Source: Chloroflexota bacterium
Lineage (GTDB): Bacteria > Chloroflexota > Dehalococcoidia > GIF9 > UBA5629
DNA: 64,000 nt
Direction of reading: 5' to 3'
Assembly: GCA_037443085.1 (NCBI GenBank)
Contig: JBBIPA010000002.1
Span: forward strand, 79,658-143,657
Shown: positions 57,295-64,000 of the stretch, piece by piece
How the letters are laid out: each line of letters opens with the position of its first letter
Numbering within the stretch: the first letter of the stretch is position 1
Made by a program: the position numbers and the translations under genes
Notes under the pieces: model-generated
What the model was told of the DNA's origin: nothing
Seen by the model: the letters and a program-made list of their open reading frames with translations, nothing else
Database searches by the model: none

Positions 57295-58704
57295 ATGATA
57301 GGGATAACATCATACGGAGCTTATATACCCTTCCACCGCCTGGGGAAGGAAACCAAAAACTGGAACTCAGCCACAGAAAAAGCCGTGGCTAATTTTGATG
57401 AAGACAGTATCACCATGGCCGTGGCTGCGGCCAATAATTGCCTTAATGGCTTTCCGCTCGAGGGTGTGGGCACAGTCTTTTTCGCCTCGACCACTGCCCC
57501 CTATAAAGAAAAGAGCAATGCCGGCATTGTTGCCATCGCCAGCGACCTTCCCTCTGATACATTCTGCCTGGATGTCACCGGTTCGCTAAGAGCAGGAACC
57601 AATGCCCTAAAGTCCGCTATTGATGCTGTGAGCAGCAAGCCAGAGAGGCAAGCGCTGGTAGTTGCCTCAGACCTGCGTATTGCGCAACCTCGCTCTGACA
57701 TGGAAGGGGTTATCGGCGATGGGGCTGCTGCCCTGTTGCTGGGGGACGATAACGTCATTGCTGAGTTTATAGATTGCTGCTGCACCTCCCAGGAGATAGT
57801 GGATGTCTGGCGAGCCGAACAGGATAGTTACATCCGCACTTGGGAAGATCGGTTCGTTGCCGAGCAAGGTTATTTGAAGTTACTGCCCGAGGTTGTCACC
57901 CATCTCATGAATAAGCACAAACTGAGCGTCAAGGACTTTGCCAGAGTAGCGCTCTATGGTATGGATGTTAGAAGGCATCAGCAAATGGCTACCAAGCTTG
58001 GCTTTGACGCCAAGACACAGGTGCAGAATCCCCTGCTTAATTCGGCAGGCAATACTGGCGCTGCCTCGGTTCCGATGATGCTGGTGGCTGCTCTGGAAGA
58101 GGCTAAACAGGGAGACCTGATTCTGCTGGCAAACTATGGCAATGGCGCTGACGCATTTATTTTCAAGGTAACAGAGCAGATCGAAGCGATTAGGAAAAAT
58201 AGACGCGGTGTGGGAGCTTATCTTAATTCTAAGAGGATACTTCCTGACTATGAAACCTATCTCACCTGGCGGGGATTGTTTGATAAAGCACCGCTGCAAC
58301 GGCGTCCCCCCATGCGCACACCATCTCCCGCCGCTATGGCGAGGGAAATCAGCAAAAACCTGCGGTTTCACGGCACTAGGTGTCAACACTGTGGCTATCC
58401 ACAGTATCCGCCGCAAAGAATATGTACCAGATGTCATACCAGAGACAAGTTCGAAGACTATCGCTTTTCCGACAAACGAGCCAGCGTATTTACTTATACC
58501 ATGGATGCTCTGGCTCCTACTCTGGACCCGCCTATGGTGGTGGCGGTGATTAACTTTGAAGGCGGCGGCAGGGCATTTTGTGTCATGACCGACCGTGACA
58601 CCAGCAAATTAGAAGTGGGCATACCAGTCGAAATGAGCTTCCGCAAATTATCTTCTTCGGAAGGAATTCATAACTATTTCTGGAAATGCTTACCCATAAG
58701 ATAA
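57295..58704 (+). CDS. HMG-CoA-synthase-like (KAS III fold) domain lacking catalytic Cys/His, fused to C-terminal DUF35 zinc-ribbon/OB-fold domain
   Basis: residues 1-330 align with HMGCS but nucleophile position reads GSLRAGT (Leu) and His position reads ALYGMD (Tyr); C-terminal CQHCGYPQYPPQRICTRCH plus OB fold. Confidence 0.7.
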   Translation: MIGITSYGAYIPFHRLGKETKNWNSATEKAVANFDEDSITMAVAAANNCLNGFPLEGVGTVFFASTTAPYKEKSNAGIVAIASDLPSDTFCLDVTGSLRAGTNALKSAIDAVSSKPERQALVVASDLRIAQPRSDMEGVIGDGAAALLLGDDNVIAEFIDCCCTSQEIVDVWRAEQDSYIRTWEDRFVAEQGYLKLLPEVVTHLMNKHKLSVKDFARVALYGMDVRRHQQMATKLGFDAKTQVQNPLLNSAGNTGAASVPMMLVAALEEAKQGDLILLANYGNGADAFIFKVTEQIEAIRKNRRGVGAYLNSKRILPDYETYLTWRGLFDKAPLQRRPPMRTPSPAAMAREISKNLRFHGTRCQHCGYPQYPPQRICTRCHTRDKFEDYRFSDKRASVFTYTMDALAPTLDPPMVVAVINFEGGGRAFCVMTDRDTSKLEVGIPVEMSFRKLSSSEGIHNYFWKCLPIR

Positions 58705-58713
58705 GGAGACTCT

Positions 58714-59907
58714 ATGGCAGAAGGAATCAAAGATAAAGTCGCTGTAATCGGCATGGGTTGCGTGAAATTTGGCGAGAACTGGGAACAAAGCGCTGCCGAT
58801 ATGATCATTGAGGCTGCCTACGAAGCCTATGAGGATGCCGGTGTAGATTCTAAAGATATTAAAGCTGCCTGGGTAGGAACCACTCAGGCTGGGGTCCGCG
58901 GCAATCAACTGGCAGTCCCGCTAAAATTAGAGTATATACCCATAACCAGGGTAGAAAACGCGTGCGCTACCGGAACCGATGCCTTTCGCAATGCCTGCTA
59001 TTCTGTGGCCGCCGGGGTATATGACATGGCTCTGGCTGTAGGCGTAGAAAAGATTAAAGATACCGGCTACAGTGGCCTGGAAACATCCTTTGCCCGCCAT
59101 AAGGCGCAGGATACCTGGGTCGACCCCGAAGCCTTTATGGGTATGCCGGCTCAATTCGCCATGGCAGCCACCCGGTATTTCTACCGTTATAAATTGGGTT
59201 ATGATGAAGGCAAGCGAATACTGGCTAAAATCTCGGTCAAGAGCCATCACAATGGAACTCTCTCACCTAAAGCCCATCTCCACCGCGAGATCACCGTGGA
59301 ACAGGCGGTGAATGCCCCCATGATTGCCTGGCCTCTGGGGCTATTTGACTGCTGCGGCGTCAGCGACGGCGCTGCGGCGGCCATAGTGACCACTCCTGAG
59401 ATAGCCAGGAAATACCGTGATGACTATATTCTGGTAAAAGGTCTGGGCTTCTCCTGCGGTGCTGACCAGGCACAATTGCAGGATGACTATGACTTCACCC
59501 ATTTCGAAGAAACGGTAACCGCTGCCAAGCTGGCATATCAGGAAGCCGGCGTGAAGCAACCTCGCAAAGAAATCAGCCTTGCCTCCGTCCATGACTGTTT
59601 CAGTATCACCGAGCTGATAACCTATGAAGACCTCGGCTTCAGCCCTGCCGGCAAGGGAAAAGAAGATGTGGACGCTGACACCTTCACCTTGCAAGGAGCA
59701 TTACCCGTGAATACTGACGGTGGACTCAAGTGTTTCGGACATCCCGTGGGCGCCAGCGGCATACGCATGATTTACGAAATCTACAAGCAGCTTCAGGGCA
59801 AGGCTGGACCACGTCAACTGAAAGACCCCAAGCTGGGCTTAACCCATAATCTGGGCGGTTTGCCCGGTCGATTTGTTTGCTCGGTGGCTATATTCGGTCG
59901 GAAATAG
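58714..59907 (+). CDS. thiolase (SCP2/archaeal type, the kind that partners DUF35 proteins)
   Basis: 397 aa; N-terminal VAVIGMGCVKFGE; catalytic Cys in ENACATGTDAF; C-terminal GHPVGASG. Confidence 0.85.
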   Translation: MAEGIKDKVAVIGMGCVKFGENWEQSAADMIIEAAYEAYEDAGVDSKDIKAAWVGTTQAGVRGNQLAVPLKLEYIPITRVENACATGTDAFRNACYSVAAGVYDMALAVGVEKIKDTGYSGLETSFARHKAQDTWVDPEAFMGMPAQFAMAATRYFYRYKLGYDEGKRILAKISVKSHHNGTLSPKAHLHREITVEQAVNAPMIAWPLGLFDCCGVSDGAAAAIVTTPEIARKYRDDYILVKGLGFSCGADQAQLQDDYDFTHFEETVTAAKLAYQEAGVKQPRKEISLASVHDCFSITELITYEDLGFSPAGKGKEDVDADTFTLQGALPVNTDGGLKCFGHPVGASGIRMIYEIYKQLQGKAGPRQLKDPKLGLTHNLGGLPGRFVCSVAIFGRK

Positions 59908-59926
59908 GCCGCTCTGACTGACTTCC

Positions 59927-61183
59927 ATGTCCAAATTTGTCAGCGCTCAACAGGCTATACAAGCTATAGAGCCGGGAGGGACCGTCTTCCTGGGCGAGTC
60001 CTGCGGTGAACCCCAGACGCTGGTAGAAGCATTAGTTGAAGACAGAGAGCGGCTGAGAGGCACCCGTATCCTCGACTCCAGGCGCATCAATGGTTCCAAG
60101 CTGATTCCCTTCTGCTATTACTTCAAGGTTATTAGCTTCCAGTTCGCTGCTGATATTGCCCGGGCAGCCGAGAAAGGTCTGATTGACCACCTGCCGCTAA
60201 AGCTTTCCGAAATGCACCGACTGTTCTCACCAAAGGGTCCTGTTCAGGTTGACGTTGCCCTGGTGCAGGTTTCTCCTCCCGACAGCGAAGGCTACTGCAG
60301 CTTTGGAGTCTGCGTGGGATACACCTTGGAAGCAGCGCTGAGCGCTAGGATGATCATCGCTGAGGTAAATCAGCAGATGCCCAGAACCTATGGCGGTAAT
60401 GCACTGCCCATAGAGAAGTTCGACTATGTCGTTCGCTCCTCCCGACCGCTGCTGGAATATCCTGTGCCCAAAGTCGAGGATGTGCATATGGAAGTGGCTA
60501 AAAATGCGGCGCGGCTTATCGGCGATGGAGCTACCCTCTGCCTCGGCCTTGGTTCAGTACCGGAAGCGATATTAAAGTGCTTACAGGGGAAGCGCGATTT
60601 AGGGCTGCATTCAGGGTTGATAACCGATGGCATTATCCAGCCTATCAAGGATGGCATCATCACCAACAAAAAGAAGAGCCGGGATAGAGGAAAAACAATC
60701 TCGGCGCAGGCAATGGGCAGCAGAGAGCTGTTCCAGTTTCTGCATGAAAATCCACAGGTAGAAATGCGACCCTATTCTTATACGCATGATATCAACATAC
60801 TGGCAAAAACGAACAACTTTACCCTGATTAATTCAGCAATCGAGGTTGACCTCACCGGACAGCTCAATGTCGAGTCTATCGGTGATGTCCAGTTTGGCGC
60901 CGTGGGTGGACAGGCTGACTATATCCGGGGAACCGCCTTATCCCAGGGCGGCAAGAGCATAACCGCCCTCACCTCTACCACTAAGAACGGCAAAACCTCC
61001 AGAATCGTGCCCCAGTTCAGCGCCGGCACCGTGGTTAGCATCCCGCGCTACGATGTCCAGTACGTGGTCACTGAATATGGCATTGCCGAGCTATGGGGCA
61101 AAACGCTCGCCGAAAGACGTGAAGCCCTCATCACCATCGCCCACCCCAAATTCCGCGGCGAACTCTATCCCCCTGCCAGTTAA
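59927..61183 (+). CDS. second acetyl-CoA hydrolase/transferase-family CoA-transferase
   Basis: 418 aa paralog of 47975-49294. Confidence 0.8.
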   Translation: MSKFVSAQQAIQAIEPGGTVFLGESCGEPQTLVEALVEDRERLRGTRILDSRRINGSKLIPFCYYFKVISFQFAADIARAAEKGLIDHLPLKLSEMHRLFSPKGPVQVDVALVQVSPPDSEGYCSFGVCVGYTLEAALSARMIIAEVNQQMPRTYGGNALPIEKFDYVVRSSRPLLEYPVPKVEDVHMEVAKNAARLIGDGATLCLGLGSVPEAILKCLQGKRDLGLHSGLITDGIIQPIKDGIITNKKKSRDRGKTISAQAMGSRELFQFLHENPQVEMRPYSYTHDINILAKTNNFTLINSAIEVDLTGQLNVESIGDVQFGAVGGQADYIRGTALSQGGKSITALTSTTKNGKTSRIVPQFSAGTVVSIPRYDVQYVVTEYGIAELWGKTLAERREALITIAHPKFRGELYPPAS

Positions 61184-61516
61184 AAGAGCAGCCCGTTGCC
61201 GATTGAGCTACAGGGATTCGTACCCATCAGAGATACGCCTATACTGTCACCATAGCCCTGATGAATAGCGACCTTGCCCTGAAGCAACATTCCGATGTAT
61301 TGTTATTCTTGGGTACTGGCTATCGAGACTGTTAATAGCCCGGCCTCGGTTGAGGGTAATTTGTTGAACCTTTGTTTTGGAGCTGCGGTTGTCTGTCTAG
61401 TGAATAATAACTTGGAACGTTGACCAATTGTCTAACTACCCGGTCGAGATGCTACCAGGAAACTATTGGCATGGGGAACGAACCTGGTTTAGGAAGAATG
61501 GCTGGAGGTATGGCAT

Positions 61517-62176
61517 ATGAGAAAGCTTTTCAAAATTGAGGGGATTCCCAGACCCGGCGCCATAGTCTATTCGGCAGTCGTGGCCAAGAGCCCTGTCATG
61601 CAGGACTTCTACCACATAGTGGCGGAAGAAGTGCTATCAAAGATATCTTCTGGCAGAATACTGGATATAGGAACAGGTCCAGGGTATCTTCCGCTCGAGA
61701 TTGGTCAGAAATCCAAAGACATCGAGATTAAGGCTATCGATATTTCACCTGCCATGGTAGAGATAGCCAGGCGGAATGCCCGGGAAATAGGGTTACAAGA
61801 GCGTGTGGAGTTCCTCTTCGGCAGTGCTGATAACATGCCATTTACCGAGGGATACTTTGATTTAATCGTGAGCACCGGCAGTTTCCATCATTGGGCGGAG
61901 CCTGAAGCGTGTCTTAAGGAAATATATCGGGTACTCAAGAATGGCGGCGAAGCCTGGATTTACGACCTGAGGCGAGATATCTCGAAAGAGGCGAGGCTGG
62001 AGGCGAGAAGGAGGTATGGCTGGCTATTATCTTCTCTGTTCTTGTATGTTGTCAGACTCCATTCCTCAATAGGCGCAAAGGAGGTACAGGAACTCCTTTC
62101 CTCTCCAGAGCTATATTTCTCTTCAAAGAGGGTGGAAGATAGAGGAGTTATCCTCAAACAAGCACTGCAGAAATGA
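61517..62176 (+). CDS. class I SAM-dependent methyltransferase (UbiE/COQ5-like)
   Basis: 219 aa; ILDIGTGPGYL SAM motif I. Confidence 0.8.
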   Translation: MRKLFKIEGIPRPGAIVYSAVVAKSPVMQDFYHIVAEEVLSKISSGRILDIGTGPGYLPLEIGQKSKDIEIKAIDISPAMVEIARRNAREIGLQERVEFLFGSADNMPFTEGYFDLIVSTGSFHHWAEPEACLKEIYRVLKNGGEAWIYDLRRDISKEARLEARRRYGWLLSSLFLYVVRLHSSIGAKEVQELLSSPELYFSSKRVEDRGVILKQALQK

Positions 62177-62184
62177 AATATCAG

Positions 62185-62994
62185 CTACGATAATGGTATA
62201 TCGCCTAAGTTCACGTCCTTTTCAGTGTTGATTGAATCTATGGCCTTGGTTTTGCCGCCCTTCTCTATCTTCAAGGAAAAGGTGCCTGTCTTCAATCCTT
62301 CAAACCAGAAGTCTCCGAAGCCATCTGTGGTGGTAGTCAGCTTTTCTCCGCTCTTGGCATTTGTCAAAGTGCATGTTGCGCCGATGACAACATCCTCCTC
62401 AACGGGATAATAAACCGTACCAGCCACAAATTTCTTGGGAATGTTCAAATAATATACCTTTGGCTGGGCGTTAAGCTCGGGATGCAGTACCTCGGCTTTG
62501 CTTATCAGGGTGCGCAGTTCGAACTCTTCGCCGAATTTTATCGCTTCGTGGGGGCAGGCATCGGCGCATCTGGGCTCCTGCCATCCCTTATCGAGTAGAT
62601 GAGCACAGCCGGTGCACTTTTGAGCCAGGTTGAGGTCCTCGTTGAAGTAGATGACGCCGTAGGGGCAGGCGTCCACGCAGAGCTTGCAGCCGGTACACTT
62701 GGCCGGGTCGATGATAACCAGTCCGTCGTCTCTGCGGTATATAGCACCCTTGGCAGGACATGCCGGGATACAGGGAGCATTGGCGCAATGCATACATATC
62801 CTGGGGACATAGTGCATCTTGACCTTGGGCACGGTTCCCCTGACAAACTCATTAATCTTCAGCCAGAACTGCCCGGTATCGGGTTGAGGCTTGGCATAGG
62901 GTGCCCAGTCATTGCCCACATGCTCGTCCTTGCAGGCAATCTGGCAGTTGTAGCATCCGTTACATTTGGAAACATCGATAACAAAGGCTTTCAT
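62185..62994 (-). CDS. FeS (beta) subunit of a DMSO-reductase-family molybdoenzyme: four ferredoxin-type Cys motifs plus C-terminal beta-sandwich domain
   Basis: 269 aa; CNGCYNCQIAC, CMHCANAPCIPACP, CTGCKLCVDACP, CTGCAHLL...CADACP; about 100 aa extra C-terminal domain. Confidence 0.85.
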   Translation of the reverse strand: MKAFVIDVSKCNGCYNCQIACKDEHVGNDWAPYAKPQPDTGQFWLKINEFVRGTVPKVKMHYVPRICMHCANAPCIPACPAKGAIYRRDDGLVIIDPAKCTGCKLCVDACPYGVIYFNEDLNLAQKCTGCAHLLDKGWQEPRCADACPHEAIKFGEEFELRTLISKAEVLHPELNAQPKVYYLNIPKKFVAGTVYYPVEEDVVIGATCTLTNAKSGEKLTTTTDGFGDFWFEGLKTGTFSLKIEKGGKTKAIDSINTEKDVNLGDIPLS

Positions 62995-64000
62995 TTATTC
63001 CATCCCTCCTTCGACCCAGGCGTTGAAGCGTAATCCAGAAGCCGGGTCATACTCTCTTTCGAATGCTGCAGGGTGTTGCTGCCGCCACTCTTCCATCTGA
63101 GCCATGCTGACCCTCTCCACCTCGACCAGGTAGCCACTGGTAGCCATGCCGCCACAATGCTTGGAGGTTATTCCTTTGGGAGATATTAGGTTAATGGCTC
63201 CGCCGCGGTCGAGCTTTCCCGGCATGATATAGTCGACCCGTGCTCCGTGGTCCATGGACAAAACGCCGGGCATTATCCTTTCCCACACCAATGCGCCGCC
63301 AAGAACCGCTCCTCTTTCGTTATATATCTTCACGATGTCGCCATTCTTTATGCCTCTCCTGGCGGCATCTGAGGGATGCATCCACAGAGGCTCGTACATG
63401 TATCCATCAGGCCCTTTCACCTTGCAGGTTGGGGCTTCCCTTGACCATGATATGTCATCACATTGAGCATGAACACGCCACCTGCCGTGATTGGAGATAA
63501 TGAGCAGTGGATACTTCTTAGCTCTTTCACTGGAGAGCCTTTCATCGTGCGTTTCGCTTTTTTCAATCCACTTCGGCACTGGCGGTCTTTCCTTGTCATC
63601 GGGGAAGTGCTTGGCCAGCCTCTCGGAGTAGAACTCTATCTTGCCGCTGGGTGTTTGCAGTGGATTCTTTTCAGGGTCTTTATAGAATGCTATCAGACCG
63701 GCCGGGTCATTTTCCCAGTCAGTTCTCTGCGGAATCACGTAGTATCCTTTTTCGTTAAGCTCTTCCCAGCTAATCAGGTCGGCCACTCTGGACTTCTCAT
63801 AGCCGAGTTTTATCCATTCCTCAACAGTCTTGCCTTCGGTCATCTCATCATACATATCCAGCTTCTTGGCTACTTCGCAGACAATGTCATAGTCGCTCTT
63901 GGACTCCCCCAGGGGTTCAATGCATTTGCGTTCCGGGAAGAGTAATGAATATTGCATGCTGCCAGTGTCTCCACCGATATCCTCTTCTTCGAATTTAGTA
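62995..64000 (-). CDS. molybdopterin (Mo-bisPGD) oxidoreductase catalytic alpha subunit, C-terminal part only (gene continues beyond window end)
   Basis: frame open to 64000; C-terminal molybdopterin dinucleotide-binding barrel pattern; stop abuts beta subunit start. Confidence 0.8.
   Translation of the reverse strand, partial: TKFEEEDIGGDTGSMQYSLLFPERKCIEPLGESKSDYDIVCEVAKKLDMYDEMTEGKTVEEWIKLGYEKSRVADLISWEELNEKGYYVIPQRTDWENDPAGLIAFYKDPEKNPLQTPSGKIEFYSERLAKHFPDDKERPPVPKWIEKSETHDERLSSERAKKYPLLIISNHGRWRVHAQCDDISWSREAPTCKVKGPDGYMYEPLWMHPSDAARRGIKNGDIVKIYNERGAVLGGALVWERIMPGVLSMDHGARVDYIMPGKLDRGGAINLISPKGITSKHCGGMATSGYLVEVERVSMAQMEEWRQQHPAAFEREYDPASGLRFNAWVEGGME

Noticed and set aside
61184-61516. 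tRNA-like T-arm fragment (GGGATTCGTACCC) in the 333-nt gap before the methyltransferase
   Set aside because: No matching acceptor, D or anticodon arm could be assembled. It is probably a coincidental hairpin.
1-64000. CRISPR arrays, rRNA, transposase, integrase or prophage genes
   Set aside because: No regularly spaced direct repeats and no transposase, integrase or phage-structural ORFs were seen. The only RNA gene found is tRNA-Ser at 36114-36202.

Overview
This 64 kb window looks like a chromosomal segment from a Chloroflexota (Dehalococcoidia-like) bacterium. That placement is an inference from gene content: DUF3795, a cytoplasmic RdhA-like protein, DRTGG, a split B12-dependent acyl-CoA mutase and many zinc-ribbon proteins. 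Coding density is high, both strands are used, and TGA is a normal stop codon (pabB ends at the ATGA overlap at 7078-7081). Core housekeeping genes include rel, rpsT, lepA, hemW, folC, pabBAC, pyrF, dinB, nifS/iscS, sucCD, tRNA-Ser(UGA), serS, lysS, greA and speH-speE. Three accessory themes interrupt them. The first is toxin-antitoxin modules: hicBA next to a YgjP-like metallohydrolase, and an AT-rich island at 25.4-27.3 kb carrying vapBC and relBE-like pairs. The second is two unusual membrane protein loci: a tldD-pmbA-PAC2-HEAT-GNAT operon, and a triad of cytoplasmic multi-zinc-ribbon / FN3 / periplasmic TlpA-thioredoxin proteins. The third is a 16 kb, 13-gene plus-strand catabolic-looking operon at 47.9-62.2 kb. 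It encodes two CoA-transferases, a Zn-ribbon peptide, a double-hotdog hydratase, an amidohydrolase-2, an OYE ene-reductase, a split methylmalonyl-CoA mutase, an epimerase, an acyl-CoA ligase, a thiolase paired with a catalytically dead HMGCS-like/DUF35 fusion, and a methyltransferase. It converges on the FeS beta and Mo-bisPGD alpha subunit genes of a DMSO-reductase-family enzyme, and the alpha gene is cut off at the window end. Other notable items are a lipoprotein reading frame containing two in-frame TGA codons and flanked by related palindromes, an apparently frameshifted ilvE, and a small hairpin-pair repeat found twice in opposite orientations. No CRISPR array, rRNA, transposase or integrase was recognised.
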